NCBI GenBank assembly: GCA_963796275.1
Contig: CAWCKY010000003.1
Location: 1,440,001 to 1,504,000, forward strand
Source of the DNA: an uncultured Acidobacteriota bacterium
GTDB taxonomy: Bacteria > Acidobacteriota > Blastocatellia > RBC074
Reading direction: 5' to 3'
Length of the DNA: 64,000 bases
Shown: piece after piece, positions 1-12,945 of the stretch
Position numbering within the stretch: the stretch's first letter is position 1
How the letters are laid out: the number at the start of each line of letters is the position of its first letter
Notes under the pieces: generated by a model
The model's input: the letters and a program-made list of their open reading frames with translations, nothing else
Databases searched by the model: none
What the model was told of the DNA's origin: nothing
Program-made: the position numbers and the translations under genes

Positions 1-1374
1 TCGTTGAAACTGGTAGGCCGATTCCTGAATTTCTCTTTGCGGGAAGCCGGCTTCAACAGCTTCAACCATTCCGCCCATCGCATCGATCTTGCGGAAATAG
101 TCCCACGCCTCCTCCTCGAGTTCGGATGTGAGCTTCTCAATGAAGTACGAGCCGCCGAGAGGATCGACGGTGTTCGTCGCGCCCGTTTCGTGAGCGATGA
201 TCTGCTGGGTCCGCAGGGCGATCAATGCCGCCCGTTCGGTCGGAAGCGCCAGGGCTTCGTCATAGCCATCGCAATGCAGCGATTGCGCGCCGCCGATCAC
301 GGCGGCCAGCGCCTGTATGGCGACGCGCGAAATGTTATTGATCGGCTGCTGCACCGTCAGGCTGACGCCGGCAGTCTGCGCGTGGAAACGCAATTGCAAT
401 GACCGCGGGTCTTGCGCATTGAAGCGCTCTTTCATCACCCGGTACCAGATGCGGCGGGCAGCTCTATATTTCGCGATCTCCTCGAAGAAATCGTTATGCG
501 CGTTGAAGAAGAACGAGAGCCGCGGCGCGAACTGATCGACCGACAACCCGGCGCGTATGCCGTAATCGACATACTCGATTCCGTCGCGCAGAGTGAAGGC
601 CAGTTCCTGCGCCGCCGTCGCGCCGGCCTCGCGTATGTGGTAGCCGGAGATCGAAATCGAATTCCATTTCGGCATCTCAGCCGCGCAGAACTTGAACGTA
701 TCGGTGATCAGCCGCATCGAAGGCCGGGGCGGATATATCCATTCTTTCTGCGCGATGTACTCCTTGAGAATGTCGTTCTGCAGAGTTCCGCCGATATCGC
801 GCAATGCCAGCCCACGTTTGTGAGCCGCCGCCAGGAAAAAGGCGAAGATCATCGAGGCGGGCGCATTGATCGTCATTGAGGTCGTGACTCGATCGAGCGG
901 TATACCGTCGAAGAGAACCTCCATATCCTCCCGCGATGCAATGGCGACGCCGCATTTGCCTACCTCGCCTTCGGAGAATGGATGATCCGAATCGTACCCC
1001 ATCAGCGTGGGCAGATCGAATGCCGTCGAGAGGCCTGTCTGTCCGTGCTCGAGCAGGTACTTGAACCGAAGATTGGTATCGAAAGCCGAGCCGAAACCCG
1101 CGAATTGTCTCATCGTCCAGGGCTTTGCGCGATAACCGGTCGGATGAATGCCGCGCGTGTAAGGTGGCATTCCGGGGAACCCGATCTCCCGTTCGAAATC
1201 GATACTTGCGAGATCGCGCGGCGTGTACAGCCGTTCTATCGGTCTCAGCGATACCGTGGTGAAACTCGGTGAACTCTCCGGCATCTTGCGGAGTGAACCC
1301 GCAAGGTGCTTCTCCTCCCATTCCTGCTGAAGCTCGTCGAGTCGATTGTTTACGATTGTTTTAGAATCACTCAT
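1..1374 (-). CDS. icmA: B12-dependent acyl-CoA mutase large subunit (methylmalonyl-CoA mutase family, isobutyryl-CoA mutase-like); 3' end runs off the window
   Basis: Not in the ORF track because it has no stop in the window. Manual translation from ATG at 1374 gives MSDSKT...[25 protein letters not shown]...[20 protein letters not shown]...[21 protein letters not shown], which are hallmark mutase motifs. Confidence 0.92.
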   Translation of the reverse strand, partial: MSDSKTIVNNRLDELQQEWEEKHLAGSLRKMPESSPSFTTVSLRPIERLYTPRDLASIDFEREIGFPGMPPYTRGIHPTGYRAKPWTMRQFAGFGSAFDTNLRFKYLLEHGQTGLSTAFDLPTLMGYDSDHPFSEGEVGKCGVAIASREDMEVLFDGIPLDRVTTSMTINAPASMIFAFFLAAAHKRGLALRDIGGTLQNDILKEYIAQKEWIYPPRPSMRLITDTFKFCAAEMPKWNSISISGYHIREAGATAAQELAFTLRDGIEYVDYGIRAGLSVDQFAPRLSFFFNAHNDFFEEIAKYRAARRIWYRVMKERFNAQDPRSLQLRFHAQTAGVSLTVQQPINNISRVAIQALAAVIGGAQSLHCDGYDEALALPTERAALIALRTQQIIAHETGATNTVDPLGGSYFIEKLTSELEEEAWDYFRKIDAMGGMVEAVEAGFPQREIQESAYQFQR

Positions 1375-1554
1375 GTGGTGCTTTTTTCTTCAGATGCGAT
1401 CTGAGATTAATTGAAGAATGATGATATTTGAGCATCAGTACGATATCAAGCCAGCGACCTAAATGCCCGATGAATTTGCCTCGCCGTCATTGGTGTCTTG
1501 GTTATTCCAAACCCCGGTAAATCAATCTGCGTTCCATAAAAGGATTCACAATTA

Positions 1555-1583
1555 TTGCCCCGATTTGCCCCGATTTGCCCCGA
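1555..1583. repeat. Tandem 10-mer (TTTGCCCCGA)x3
   Basis: TTGCCCCGA at 1555, 1565 and 1575, just downstream of the ZIP gene. Confidence 0.85.
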
Positions 1584-1601
1584 GTTATGATGAAACTTCA
1601 T

Positions 1602-2354
1602 TTAAATGCCTAATGATTCGTGTAGTAAGAGGTGAGTGAGGTAGAAGAGCGCTACCCCGGCGAAGACAAGCAGCGAGGTTTTTGCCCCACCCGCTCGATT
1701 GACCTCTGGAATCAGGTCGGAAGCAGCGACATAGAGCGTTACACCCGCTGAAAAGGGGAGCGTGTATTTAACCGCGGGTTTAACTAATGCCACGGAAATA
1801 ATACCGATAAACGTCGTCACCGCGATGAGCAGTGTCGCGCGCCACGCCGAGCGGATGCCGCGTCCCGACGAGAGCATGATCGAAGCGACGGTAAATCCTT
1901 CAGGTACTTTGTGTAGCAGGATAGCGATGAACAACAGAAGGCCCAGACGAAAACTAGTTAAGAGCCCGGAAGCGATCGCCACACCGTCAAATAATGTGTG
2001 AACTGATAATGCGACTACCGCCGTCGTCGCCGCCCCGCGTCTGAGCATCTCTTCATTGTGCGTCTCCTCGCCGAAGTGGAAATGCGGCGCGATGGTGTGC
2101 TCGGCCAGCTGCAGGAGAAGATAGCCGGCCAATAACCATCCCATTGCCGTCCCCAGGTCTCCCTCCCATTGCCCTATTACCGCCGGCACTACCTCTATAA
2201 AAACCGCCGCGAGCATAAATCCCGCGCCCAATGCAATCAGATATTTGAGCTTCCCATAACGCGCTTCGTCTGATCGCGTTATCAAAAAGCCGCCCAGAAC
2301 ATTTCCCGCCGCCGCCAGTATCCCGAACCCCAATAAGTGAATTAGCGTCTCCAT
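1602..2354 (-). CDS. ZIP-family (ZupT-like) divalent metal transporter
   Basis: About 8 TM helices; motifs [16 protein letters not shown] loop, HTLFDG and LLHKVPEG. Confidence 0.9.
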   Translation of the reverse strand: METLIHLLGFGILAAAGNVLGGFLITRSDEARYGKLKYLIALGAGFMLAAVFIEVVPAVIGQWEGDLGTAMGWLLAGYLLLQLAEHTIAPHFHFGEETHNEEMLRRGAATTAVVALSVHTLFDGVAIASGLLTSFRLGLLLFIAILLHKVPEGFTVASIMLSSGRGIRSAWRATLLIAVTTFIGIISVALVKPAVKYTLPFSAGVTLYVAASDLIPEVNRAGGAKTSLLVFAGVALFYLTHLLLHESLGI

Positions 2355-2572
2355 TTTTATCAATGATTATTGTGTTTTATCCATTATTCTGAATGTAAAG
2401 TATCTACTCGGGTCAATGCCGATAAGTAGATATAAGACCGAATCTTATCAAAGAGTTGAGGAAGAGATAACTATAAGCGTAATTAGAGCAAAATTGCACA
2501 TGCATTGTTAAACAATCTTTTAGCCTCATTGACTTGAAGTCCTTAATTAACAACTTTCGGTTCATAAATTTC

Positions 2573-2601
2573 TTGACAGCTCTGTTTAGCTAACGTACTA
2601 T
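2573..2601 (+). promoter_or_regulatory. sigma70-type promoter of the dcw operon
   Basis: TTGACA (2573-2578), 17-nt spacer, TACTAT (2596-2601). Confidence 0.8.
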
Positions 2602-2612
2602 ACGCCGCATTC

Positions 2613-2650
2613 AAGTGGAATAAAGTAGAGTTTAGTGGACAAAAGTGGTG
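2613..2650 (+). promoter_or_regulatory. MraZ-binding (DCW) boxes
   Basis: AAGTGG, AAGTAG, TAGTGG and AAGTGG at an exact 10-bp period (GTGG/GTAG at 2615, 2625, 2635, 2645), directly downstream of the promoter and upstream of mraZ. Confidence 0.8.
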
Positions 2651-2882
2651 ATCACATAGGATTTTGATTAAGAATTTGAATATAAGCAGCGTTGCTTAAT
2701 AGAAGTCTTAACGGTGCAACTGTGAGCACGGTGAGCTGCATGGATTGACTCACGCTCACGCAGTAGAGATGCAGTTATCTGAGAAGTTAATAATCGACGC
2801 GAGAAGATCGGGGTGAATTTGGCGAGAAGCTACGAGAGAAGCTGGGACGGGAGAAGCAGGAGAAGCGGGAGAAGCTGGAAGG

Positions 2883-3329
<447 letters not shown>

Positions 3330-3529
3330 GCCGGGAGCGGGAACGCTAACGCCGGTGGTCGGAGCGATTGCGCGATCGGGGAAAAGGGATATATTGAATT
3401 CTGGAGATGCGGGCGGCTTCGGCTGTTTCGCATCTCCTCCCCCGTGCCGATTGCGGAAGCTGGATAGTGGAGCTAATTGCAACCGAATAATGAAAACCGC
3501 AATCCGCGATCCGCTTTCTGCAATTAGAT

Positions 3530-4471
3530 ATGAAGCTTCATCTTCCAGTTATGCCCGTTGAAGTGATCGCGCAGCTCGACGCGGGGCGCGCCGGGTTATT
3601 TGTTGATGCGACGCTTGGGACGGGCGGTCATACGGAATTGATCTTGGCCGCTTCACCGGACAACCGGGTGATTGGATTGGATCGTGATGCGGAGGTAATT
3701 GAGGTTGCGGTAGAGCGGTTAAAGAATTGGGGCGAAAAGTTCACCACTATTCACACGGACTTTCGCCGGCTCAAAGAAGTTCTCAAGGAGAGAGGGATTG
3801 AATCGGTCGCGGGCATACTTGCAGATCTCGGTCTCTCATCATACCAGCTCGACACGCCGGAACGAGGTTTCAGCTTTCGTTTCAATGAAAGTTCTCCTCT
3901 GGATATGCGGATGGATCGCTCGCAGGCGTTGACGGCGGCCGATTTGATCAATTCACTCAGCGAGCGCGAACTCGCTGAGATCATTTTTGAGTACGGTGAA
4001 GAGCGGATGGCGAGGCGGATAGCGCGCCTGATAGTTGCCGCGCGGGCAAAAGCGGCGATTGAGACCACCGCTCAACTTGCAGACCTGGTCGTAAGAGCAG
4101 TTCATCAGAAGGGGCGTTGGCGAATCCATCCCTCCACCAGAACATTTCAGGCTTTACGCATCGCGGTCAACCGCGAGCTTGAAGGTCTGGATCGGTTCGT
4201 CGCCGACGCGGTTGATTTGCTCGAGCCATGCGGGCGGCTGGTAATCATCACGTTTCATTCGCTCGAGGATCGAATAATCAAACAAGCCCTCAGGTTTCAG
4301 TCTGGCCATTGTATGTGCCTCCCCAACCGGCCTGAGTGCAGGTGCGGCGCTTCCCGGCGCGTTGAGGTTCTGACACGTAAAGCGATTCAGCCAGGCGATG
4401 ACGAGATTGCAGTAAATCCTCGCTCACGCAGCGCAAAATTGCGCGCTTGCCGCAAACTCCCTGTGTGTTGA
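3530..4471 (+). CDS. rsmH: 16S rRNA m4C1402 methyltransferase RsmH (MraW)
   Basis: Motifs [45 protein letters not shown] and [10 protein letters not shown]. Confidence 0.97.
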   Translation: MKLHLPVMPVEVIAQLDAGRAGLFVDATLGTGGHTELILAASPDNRVIGLDRDAEVIEVAVERLKNWGEKFTTIHTDFRRLKEVLKERGIESVAGILADLGLSSYQLDTPERGFSFRFNESSPLDMRMDRSQALTAADLINSLSERELAEIIFEYGEERMARRIARLIVAARAKAAIETTAQLADLVVRAVHQKGRWRIHPSTRTFQALRIAVNRELEGLDRFVADAVDLLEPCGRLVIITFHSLEDRIIKQALRFQSGHCMCLPNRPECRCGASRRVEVLTRKAIQPGDDEIAVNPRSRSAKLRACRKLPVC

Positions 4472-4572
4472 GCGCAGCACAAAAGTGCTAGCTGATAAAA
4501 ACAGTTTCTGAGGAATCAGAAAATCATGGATGGTGTCTTTAGCATCCATCCATACGAGAGGAGTGTGGGAAA

Positions 4573-5086
4573 ATGAGAGCGCAAACCTATCGTCCCAGAG
4601 TTCAAAACGGCCCGATCACCAGACGATCAAAGAAAACAGTCACCACGAAATCTTCGGAACGCCGAGCCTCAGCGCGCCGAGCCCCTCAGCGCGGCCGGCC
4701 AAGTAAAAAAAGAAAACGGGCATGAAGGGTCGAATCTCTTCATGTCTCTGATCATCATCGGTGCGCTCGTGGCTGCGGGTTTCGTCTTCGCGTTGCGTTC
4801 GCAAATCAACGCGAGACAGCTCGGACAGGCGGAAACGAAGTTGAGGGCTGAACTCGATGAAATCGCGAACCGGCAGCGCTACGAAGTTCTCGAGCGGCAG
4901 CGTGCGATGAGTATGGGCGAGAGCGATCGCGCCGCCCAAACGGCCGGACTGGTTCAGCCCAGTTTCAATCAGCCGAAGGCCGCCGCTCAGGTTACCGTAG
5001 CACAAAAACCCGCTTCGCGCGGCTCGAAACCCAGGAAGGAGAGCTCTAGCCAACGCCAGTCTGATCGATTGGCACAGCGTCGATAA
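4573..5086 (+). CDS. ftsL: Cell division protein FtsL-like; probable frameshift between the 4573 start and the 4742 ORF
   Basis: Sits between rsmH and ftsI. The 4742 ORF has one TM helix and a coiled coil. A basic N-terminal segment MRAQTYRPRVQN starts at 4573 in another frame and stops near 4725. Confidence 0.7.
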
Positions 5087-7144
5087 TTGGAAAAACCGAC
5101 CACCCGCATGCGACCAAGAACGCCAAAATCCGACTCCCGCAACAGAATCCTCTGTATAGCCCTCTTGTTATTCACCTGGGTTATCGTAATTATCTGGCGT
5201 CTCGGTTGGCTTCAGGTGGTCAGATACGAGCATTATCTGGCTAAGGCCGCGCGCAATTATACAAAAGAGGTTGATCTGGTGCCGGCGCGCGGATCCATAC
5301 TGGATCGCAATGGCAATGAACTCGCCTATACGGTCATTTCCGAATCCCTCTTCGTCGATCTCAAGCTGCTCAGGGAAGAACCGGAGCGAGAGAAGGCCGC
5401 GAGTCTGCTCGCGCCATTGCTGGGCGTCGATGAAGATGAGTTGCTTCGGAAGTTTACCGGAAATGCCAGTTTCGTCTGGGTCAAGCGGAAAGTCGAACCC
5501 GAAACGGCAGAGGCGGTCAGAAGCATTATCGAAGCGAATCGGTTGTCCGGATTAGCTATCAAAAAAGAGACGCAGCGGTATTATCCCAACAACTCACTCG
5601 CTGCGCATCTCATCGGTTATATAGGCGCCGAGGAGAAAGGGCTGGCGGGCCTCGAGCTGACGCAGGACCAGCATCTGCAGGGGAGGCACGGTGAAATCGA
5701 GTTTATCAAAGATGGGCGCGGGCATCCCTACGAGCGGCACGAACTCCCCGCGCTGAGCGGCGCACAGCTGGTGACCACAATCGATGCCGCGCTCCAATAT
5801 AAGGTCGAGGCTTTGCTCGCCGAAGCCGTTCAGAAAACCGGGGCTAAAGGAGCGAGCGCCGTCGTGCTGGATCCGGAGGCCGGCGAGATGCTGGCGCTCG
5901 CCAACGTTCCCGCTTTCGATCCCAACGAACGTTTGAAGATGGCGGGTGATCCGTTGCGCCATAACCGCGCGATCAGTTTTCCCTATGAGCCCGGTTCGGT
6001 CTTTAAGCTCGTGACTTACGCGGCGGCCTTTGAGGAAGGCCTGGTGGAACTTGATGAGATGATCGATTGCGGGGCCGGCGAGATAGCCATCGGCAAGCGC
6101 GTCATTCACGACGAACATTCATACGGCGTCATCAGCATCGCCGATGCATTTGCCAAATCGTCTAATGTCGGCGCCATCAGAATTGCACAGCGTCTGGGGG
6201 AAAAGCGGTTTTTCGATTATATCGGTCGCTTCGGCTTTGGCAGCAAGACGGGCATCGAGCTGCCCGGCGAATCGCGCGGCATCGTCAATCCGTTACCGAG
6301 CTGGCGACCCGATTCGATCGGCTCGGTAGCGATCGGACAGGAAATCTCCGTCACCTTGCTGCAGGCGGCTTCCGCAATGTCCATCGTCGCTCATCGTGGG
6401 ATATGGAAGAAACCGCATCTCGTCAAGCGGCTCGTCGCACAGGACGGGAGGGTGTTGTCTGAATTGACTCCTGAGACGCGGCGGGTTATCAGTGAGGATA
6501 CCGCAGAGAAGATGAGGGGACTATTAATGCGGGTGGTGACGCACGGGACCGGCCGCCACGGAATTCAACTCGCCGGTTATACATCGGCTGGGAAGACCGG
6601 AACCGCGCAGAAGATCGACGAGAAAACCAAAAGATATTCGAAATACATGGCTACATTCGCCGGGTTTGTTCCGGCGCGTGATCCTCGCTTTGTAATAGTT
6701 GTGATGATCGACGAACCGGTCGGCCAGCATTATGGCGGGATCGTGTCCGCACCGGTCTTCAATCAGATTGCGGAAGCTGCCCTCGGGGATTACGCGGTTC
6801 CACCCGACGAAGAAGGCTTTCGCCAGGCGCTGGCCGAGCTCTCGAAGAAGCACGCCAAGAATAGAGAGGCGGGGGTTTGGGGGCTGGGGGCCGGCAATCA
6901 GGAAGCCGGAGCCCGGCGGCCCGAAGCATCCGGTGATTCTTCGCGTGTTATCGTTTCAGACCCGATCGTCACGACCGGGGTAATGCCGGATATTCGAGGA
7001 CGCGGGGTGCGCGCCGTGATCCGCGCTTGCGCTGAATTGAACTTGAACGTCAAACTGCGCGGTTCCGGAATAGCGGTGAGACAGAAACCGGCTCCCGGCA
7101 CTATAGTTAGAGAGGGAGATGAGTGCAGAGTAGAATTTCAATAA
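5087..7144 (+). CDS. ftsI: Peptidoglycan transpeptidase FtsI/PBP3 with C-terminal PASTA-like domain (ATG start at 5108 also plausible)
   Basis: [16 protein letters not shown] (SxxK), KSSNVG (SxN) and GKTGTAQK. Confidence 0.95.
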   Translation: MEKPTTRMRPRTPKSDSRNRILCIALLLFTWVIVIIWRLGWLQVVRYEHYLAKAARNYTKEVDLVPARGSILDRNGNELAYTVISESLFVDLKLLREEPEREKAASLLAPLLGVDEDELLRKFTGNASFVWVKRKVEPETAEAVRSIIEANRLSGLAIKKETQRYYPNNSLAAHLIGYIGAEEKGLAGLELTQDQHLQGRHGEIEFIKDGRGHPYERHELPALSGAQLVTTIDAALQYKVEALLAEAVQKTGAKGASAVVLDPEAGEMLALANVPAFDPNERLKMAGDPLRHNRAISFPYEPGSVFKLVTYAAAFEEGLVELDEMIDCGAGEIAIGKRVIHDEHSYGVISIADAFAKSSNVGAIRIAQRLGEKRFFDYIGRFGFGSKTGIELPGESRGIVNPLPSWRPDSIGSVAIGQEISVTLLQAASAMSIVAHRGIWKKPHLVKRLVAQDGRVLSELTPETRRVISEDTAEKMRGLLMRVVTHGTGRHGIQLAGYTSAGKTGTAQKIDEKTKRYSKYMATFAGFVPARDPRFVIVVMIDEPVGQHYGGIVSAPVFNQIAEAALGDYAVPPDEEGFRQALAELSKKHAKNREAGVWGLGAGNQEAGARRPEASGDSSRVIVSDPIVTTGVMPDIRGRGVRAVIRACAELNLNVKLRGSGIAVRQKPAPGTIVREGDECRVEFQ

Positions 7145-7230
7145 TTAGCTAGAATCCGGGTTCACTAGATTTTAGATTTATGTTCGGATTGAGAACACCA
7201 GACTCAAGACTTTCAAAAAAAATAAAAAAA

Positions 7231-8760
7231 ATGATCAGAATTCGTGACATCGCGAGCTACATTGACGCGACCTCAGGTGGAGGAGACCGGGAGGCCGTTG
7301 TGAGTGCTGCGGGCTCGGTTGTCACGAACGATTCGCGCCGCGTCGTCCCGGGGGGCATCTTCGTCGCAATAACAGGCGCACGTGTTGACGGAAATCTTTT
7401 TGTCAACGACGCGACGAAGCGCGGCGCGAATGTTATTATCTCAGAAAGGCCGAGACCGGCCGATATCCCCCCTGAGTCAAAAATCGTCTGGCTGAAAGTT
7501 GACAATGCGCGGGTGGCGCTGGCCCAGGCCGCTGCCCTCGTTCATGGCCATCCGTCGCGCATGCTCAAACTCGCCGGAATCACCGGAACCAACGGCAAAA
7601 CGACGACGGCTCATCTGATCGAGTCGATCTTTTCAGCAGGCGGAATGAAGACGGCGATGATGGGCACGATCGGTAACAGCATTGGCGATCAGAAGCTCGA
7701 CAGCGAATTTACGACACCGGAGGCCCCGGAAATTCAGGATTTCCTGCGCCGCGCTGCCGAGACGGGCGTGACGCATGCGGTGATGGAGGTTTCGTCTATC
7801 GCTCTGGAGATGCACCGCGCCGATGAGCTACAGTTCGCTGCTGCGGCGTTCACGAATTTCACCCAGGATCATCTGGATTTTCACGGTTCGATGGCGTCTT
7901 ATTTCGCAGCGAAACGTAAGCTATTTGACGGCAGCACGGGGCAAAAGCCAGAATTCGCTGTCATCAATACGGACGACCCGCGCGGGCTCGAACTCAAAAC
8001 TTTATGCGATCGCGGGTTGCTCACCTACGCGCTTGACTCGAAAGCTGATATTCAAACCGGGACCAACGGTTTCGGTCTCGATGGGTTGAAATTTACGGCG
8101 CGGACGCCGGCGGGCGGGGTCGAGGTCGACTCGCGGCTTGTTGGCCGGCCGCACGCCTATAACATCCTCTGCGCGATCGGAATAGGACTGGCGCTGGGTT
8201 TCGAACGCGATGTGATTGCGCGCGGAATCAATCAATGCCCGGGCGTCGCCGGAAGGTTCGAGCGAGTCAGTATGGCGGACGATGAGATAACGGTCGTCGT
8301 CGACTACGCGCACACCCCGGATGCGCTGGTAAATGTTCTCAAGACGATACGCGCCGCACTGAAAGGCAAAACCGCGAGGTTCGGCCGCGTGATAACAGTG
8401 ATGGGATGTGGAGGCGACCGGGACAGAGGCAAACGCCCTTTGATGGGGGAAGAAGCTGCCCGTCTGAGCGATCTGGTGATCGCCACCTCCGATAATCCGC
8501 GCAGCGAAGACCCGCTCTTGATTCTGAATGACATCAGAGTCGGTCTGGACCGGGTTGGGAAACCTTATGAATTGATCGTCGATCGCCGTGAGGCGATCAC
8601 GCGTACGATTATCAAAGCTAAACCGCGCGATATAATATTGATCGCCGGCAAAGGACACGAGACATATCAGATCCTTGCATCCGGAAGGCTCCATTTCGAT
8701 GACCGCGAGGTCGCTCGCGAGGCCCTGAAGGATAGAAGGAACCTGAGATTTGAGATTTGA
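7231..8760 (+). CDS. murE: UDP-MurNAc-dipeptide--diaminopimelate ligase MurE
   Basis: [33 protein letters not shown] (DAP-type) and AGKGHE. Confidence 0.96.
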   Translation: MIRIRDIASYIDATSGGGDREAVVSAAGSVVTNDSRRVVPGGIFVAITGARVDGNLFVNDATKRGANVIISERPRPADIPPESKIVWLKVDNARVALAQAAALVHGHPSRMLKLAGITGTNGKTTTAHLIESIFSAGGMKTAMMGTIGNSIGDQKLDSEFTTPEAPEIQDFLRRAAETGVTHAVMEVSSIALEMHRADELQFAAAAFTNFTQDHLDFHGSMASYFAAKRKLFDGSTGQKPEFAVINTDDPRGLELKTLCDRGLLTYALDSKADIQTGTNGFGLDGLKFTARTPAGGVEVDSRLVGRPHAYNILCAIGIGLALGFERDVIARGINQCPGVAGRFERVSMADDEITVVVDYAHTPDALVNVLKTIRAALKGKTARFGRVITVMGCGGDRDRGKRPLMGEEAARLSDLVIATSDNPRSEDPLLILNDIRVGLDRVGKPYELIVDRREAITRTIIKAKPRDIILIAGKGHETYQILASGRLHFDDREVAREALKDRRNLRFEI

Positions 8761-8826
8761 CATTTTAGATTTGACATTTGAAATTAAATCTCAAATTTCA
8801 AATCACAAATCACAAATTTAAAATCT
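8746..8826. repeat. Heptamer tandem array followed by its inverse complement (palindromic)
   Basis: AGATTTG/ACATTTT units followed by CAAATTT/CAAATCA units, between murE and murF. Confidence 0.75.
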
Positions 8827-8827
8827 T

Positions 8828-10279
8828 ATGAATCTGAGAGAGATCGCGCGCCTGTGCGGCGCAAGCCAAATGTTCGATGAACGGTTGGCCGAGACCGAGC
8901 CGGCCGGTCTCTCTATCGATTCGCGTGCCCTAGCACGCGGAGAGCTGTTCGTCGCAATCCCGGGCGAACGGGTTGACGGCCATCAGTACGTCCGCGAGGT
9001 CCTGGAAAAAGGAGCGTGTGCAGCCATCGTGGTGCATAAACGATTGGCACAGTCTCGCTGTCTGCCGGCTGCCGGCGGCGGGCTGGGTGAGTACGCCAAT
9101 AGATTGATCTTCGTGGAAAATACGGCCTGCGCATTACAGCAGTTGGCCGCCCGCGTGCTGGCCCGGTGGCATCGCCCGATTACAGCGATAACGGGAAGCG
9201 CCGGCAAGACGACGGTGAAAGATTTAACCGCGCAGGTCTTATACGATGCGGGGAATGTGCTCAAATCCCAGGGCAATCTCAACACATCCTATGGATTGCC
9301 GCTCACGGTCGGGCGAATGATAACCGGAGGCGCCCGGCCGGCCGATTTCGATTTCGCGGTGCTTGAGATGGGAATGAGCTCGTTCGGAGAGATCGCTCGT
9401 CTGACGGATATCGCGCCGCCGACCGTAGGCGTCGTCACCAACGTGGGCGACGCACATATAGAATTTTTCGGATCGCGTACATCGATCGCCGCCGCCAAAG
9501 CGGAGATGGTGGACGGCGTCAAATTGGGTGGGACCATCGTTCTAAACGCGGATGACCGATTGGTCGCCAACATGCGAAACCGCCGTTCGGACATTGCAGT
9601 CACAACGTTCGGTATCGATGAGCAGGCCGATATCATGGCAAGCGAGATAACGGTTGAAGGTGATTTGAGTGGAACTAGGTTCGTTCTCAAAACTGCCGAT
9701 GGCACGGCCCCGGTGAAACTGCGGCTCATCGGCCGGCATAATGTGTACAACGCTTTGGCCGCCGCCGCCGTTGCACAAAATTTCGGCCTCACGCCGCAGC
9801 AGATCGCGAGTGGCCTGGCGGCCGCCGTGCCGTCGAAGATGCGCGGCGAATTGATCCGCTTCGCCGAAGGATTCACGGTGATCGATGATTCGTACAACTC
9901 CAATCCGCAGGCGCTGATTCAATCGATCTGCGCGATGCGCGATGCCCGCGGGTTCCGGCGGCGTATCGTCGTGGCGGGGGAGATGCTGGAATTGGGAGAG
10001 CAGGGCGCGGAACTTCATCGTAAATGCGGAGGTGAGATCGCCGCAATGAATATCGATCGGTTGATCGGCATCAGAGGATTGGCCAGGGAACTGGTCGCCG
10101 GAGCGGTCGAAGCCGGCATGAGCCCTGAGCACGCGCACTACTGCGAGACGCCGGATGCCGCTGCCGACGTGCTGATTTCTCTAAAAGCTCCGGGCGATCT
10201 GGTTCTCATCAAGGCGTCGCGCGGAGTGAGGGCGGAACGCGTAATTGAGAGGTTACGAGCCGGGATCGGTTCATCTTGA
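8828..10279 (+). CDS. murF: UDP-MurNAc-tripeptide--D-Ala-D-Ala ligase MurF
   Basis: [30 protein letters not shown] and KASRG. Confidence 0.96.
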   Translation: MNLREIARLCGASQMFDERLAETEPAGLSIDSRALARGELFVAIPGERVDGHQYVREVLEKGACAAIVVHKRLAQSRCLPAAGGGLGEYANRLIFVENTACALQQLAARVLARWHRPITAITGSAGKTTVKDLTAQVLYDAGNVLKSQGNLNTSYGLPLTVGRMITGGARPADFDFAVLEMGMSSFGEIARLTDIAPPTVGVVTNVGDAHIEFFGSRTSIAAAKAEMVDGVKLGGTIVLNADDRLVANMRNRRSDIAVTTFGIDEQADIMASEITVEGDLSGTRFVLKTADGTAPVKLRLIGRHNVYNALAAAAVAQNFGLTPQQIASGLAAAVPSKMRGELIRFAEGFTVIDDSYNSNPQALIQSICAMRDARGFRRRIVVAGEMLELGEQGAELHRKCGGEIAAMNIDRLIGIRGLARELVAGAVEAGMSPEHAHYCETPDAAADVLISLKAPGDLVLIKASRGVRAERVIERLRAGIGSS

Positions 10280-10285
10280 CAAAAC

Positions 10286-11389
10286 ATGCTCGATTACCTT
10301 TGTTACGAACTGCTCTACCGGAATTATGCTTCACAGGTGACCCTGTTGAAGGTGTTCAATGTTTTTCAGTATTTAACGTTCCGTACCGCCTACGCCGCAA
10401 TCACGGCGCTGGCTTTATGTCTGATTTTCGGTCCCCTGGTAATCCGCAAACTGGCCGAATTTAAGTTCGGCCAGCAAATCCGTGAAGAGGGGCCTTCCTC
10501 TCACCAGGTGAAGAGGGGAACGCCGACGATGGGCGGCGTTCTGATCATCGGGTCGATCTTCATCTCGACCCTCCTCTGGGCGAACCTGGAAAACTGGCCG
10601 GTGTGGATCGCTCTGGTGGGGATGATCGGTTGCGGAGCGGTGGGATTCGCCGACGACTACATCAAGATCGTCAAAAAACGCAGCCTCGGTCTGTCGGGAT
10701 GGCAAAAAATACTGGGGCTGTTGATCGTCGGCGTGATCGTGGGCGTGCTGCTTTTCGGATTCGCCGAATACTCGACGGTGTTGAATGTGCCGTTTTTCAA
10801 GAATTTTCGCCCGAACCTGTACGTGTGGCTCTATATAGTCTTCATCATTCTCGTACTCATAGGGACATCGAATGCCGTGAATCTAACCGATGGGCTCGAT
10901 GGTCTGGCGATCAGCGTGACGATCGTCGCCGCGTCGGCATTGACGGCCTTCACGTACGTGACGGGTCACAAGGTGTTCGCCAATTATCTCGATCTGGGCT
11001 TCTACCAGAATGTTGGTGAGGTGACCGTGCTGAGCGGGGCACTGGTCGGCGCGAGTCTGGGGTTTCTCTGGTTCAACGCGCCGCAGGCCGAGGTTTTCAT
11101 GGGCGATGTCGGAAGTTTAGGCATCGGCGGCGCGCTCGGGACGATCAGCGTCATCATCAAGCAGGAGCTGGTGCTTCCGATCCTGGGCGGTGTTTTTGTG
11201 ATGGAGGCGTTGTCCGTGATCCTGCAGGTCGGATCGTTTAAATTGAGGAAGAAACGCATCTTTAAAATGGCGCCGCTCCATCACCATTTCGAATTAATCG
11301 GCTGGAAGGAGCCGAAGATAGTTTTCCGGTTTTTGATCGTCGCGATTTTGTTCGCGCTCTTGAGCCTTTCGACGCTCAAGCTGCGATAG
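10286..11389 (+). CDS. mraY: Phospho-MurNAc-pentapeptide transferase MraY
   Basis: [31 protein letters not shown] and MAPLHHHFE. Confidence 0.97.
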   Translation: MLDYLCYELLYRNYASQVTLLKVFNVFQYLTFRTAYAAITALALCLIFGPLVIRKLAEFKFGQQIREEGPSSHQVKRGTPTMGGVLIIGSIFISTLLWANLENWPVWIALVGMIGCGAVGFADDYIKIVKKRSLGLSGWQKILGLLIVGVIVGVLLFGFAEYSTVLNVPFFKNFRPNLYVWLYIVFIILVLIGTSNAVNLTDGLDGLAISVTIVAASALTAFTYVTGHKVFANYLDLGFYQNVGEVTVLSGALVGASLGFLWFNAPQAEVFMGDVGSLGIGGALGTISVIIKQELVLPILGGVFVMEALSVILQVGSFKLRKKRIFKMAPLHHHFELIGWKEPKIVFRFLIVAILFALLSLSTLKLR

Positions 11390-11466
11390 GGAGAGCGGTA
11401 GCGTGAGGGCAGGGGATGTGGGCGACTTCTCCGCCTCCCGCTCTGCCGCTCTCCCGCTCTAAGAAT

Positions 11467-12822
11467 ATGAATGTCAGCGGTCAAAACATCCTCGTGGTCG
11501 GGCTCGGGCGCAGCGGTGCAGCGGCGGCGGAGTTTTTGGCTGATCGCGGGGCCCGCGTAACGGTCAATGATGCGAAGCCGGAGAGCGAGCTGAAAGATGC
11601 CTCGGCATTGCACAAAAAAGGGGTTGAGATCGTCGCCGGATCGCATCCGGATGAGCTCTTTGAAAAATCGGATTTGATCGTAGCGAGCCCCGGCGTTCCG
11701 CTCGCGCTCGCACCATTCCAAAAAGCCCGGGCGGCCGGCGTGCCGGTAATCAGCGAGATCGAATTGGCTGCGAGATTCCTGCGCGGCCGCATGATCGGAG
11801 TCACCGGATCGAATGGCAAAACAACAACCACGACGCTGATCGGCGAACTGCTCCGGAATGCTGATCTGCCGGCGCAGGTCGGCGGAAATATCGGAACCCC
11901 TCTGGTCTCGCTGGTGGCTACTTCGCAGGAGGCGGGTTTCACCGTGGTCGAGTTGAGCAGCTTCCAGTTGGAGGCGGTAGAGCGGTTGCATCTATTCGCC
12001 GCGGTTCTGATCAACATCACGCCGGATCATCTCGATCGTTACGAGTCGATGGAGCATTACGCGGCTGCGAAAGCCAACATCTTTCGCAATCAGACTCCCG
12101 CTGACGTCGCCGTGCTTAACGCCGATGACGAGCGCGTCTCGCGGATGAAAGGATCGACCGAAGCCCGAGTCGTATATTTCAGCCGCCGGCGCGAGCTCGG
12201 CGAAGGCGTCTTCTTGCGGGGAGAAGAAATTGTTAATCGCTTCGACGGGCGAGAGCAGTTGATGATCGCTCGCTCCGACATTCCACTGCGGGGTGATCAT
12301 AATCTGGAGAACGTCATGTCGTCGCTGGCAGTCGGACTGGCTTGCCGCGTCTCCCCTGAATCTATGCGCGAGACGATACGGAATTTCAAAGGCGTCGAAC
12401 ATCGTCTCGAGTTTATCGATGAGATAAACGGAGTGAAGTTTTATAACGACTCGAAGGCGACCAATGTCGACGCGGCTGTCAAATCGATCGAAGCATTCGC
12501 CGGAGGATTGATTGTAATTCTCGGCGGTAAGGACAAGGGGAGCGATTATACGCCGCTCGCCCGGCTCCTGCGCGAACGCGGCGAGCACGTAATATTGATT
12601 GGCGCTGCAGCGGGGAAGATCGCGCGCGCGCTTGAAAATGCTCTACCCATTCATCGCGCCGCCACGATGGAAGAGGCGGTCGCGGCGGGCTACCGATTGA
12701 GCCATATGGGAAGCGTCGTGCTTCTTGCTCCGGCCTGCGCAAGTTTCGATATGTTCGATAACTACGAACATCGCGGAAGGGTTTTCAAAGAGGCGGTGAA
12801 GAAGTTGAGATTTGATGGCTAA
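11467..12822 (+). CDS. murD: UDP-MurNAc-L-Ala--D-Glu ligase MurD
   Basis: [34 protein letters not shown] and PACASFD. Confidence 0.96.
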   Translation: MNVSGQNILVVGLGRSGAAAAEFLADRGARVTVNDAKPESELKDASALHKKGVEIVAGSHPDELFEKSDLIVASPGVPLALAPFQKARAAGVPVISEIELAARFLRGRMIGVTGSNGKTTTTTLIGELLRNADLPAQVGGNIGTPLVSLVATSQEAGFTVVELSSFQLEAVERLHLFAAVLINITPDHLDRYESMEHYAAAKANIFRNQTPADVAVLNADDERVSRMKGSTEARVVYFSRRRELGEGVFLRGEEIVNRFDGREQLMIARSDIPLRGDHNLENVMSSLAVGLACRVSPESMRETIRNFKGVEHRLEFIDEINGVKFYNDSKATNVDAAVKSIEAFAGGLIVILGGKDKGSDYTPLARLLRERGEHVILIGAAAGKIARALENALPIHRAATMEEAVAAGYRLSHMGSVVLLAPACASFDMFDNYEHRGRVFKEAVKKLRFDG

Positions 12823-12945
12823 CTTCAGTTAGCGGTGGCGAGAATTCTGATTGAGCGGGATTTGTGCGGAGGATCCTCGCATTCCGGCCGATCCCTGGTG
12901 CGTTGATTTGGTAACTGAGGCATGCATTTGCGTGTGAATCGGGCA

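Noticed and set aside
4-1321. Several ORFs of 72-214 aa in the track
   Set aside because: They are antisense or off-frame shadows of the mutase gene, which the track misses because it has no stop in the window.
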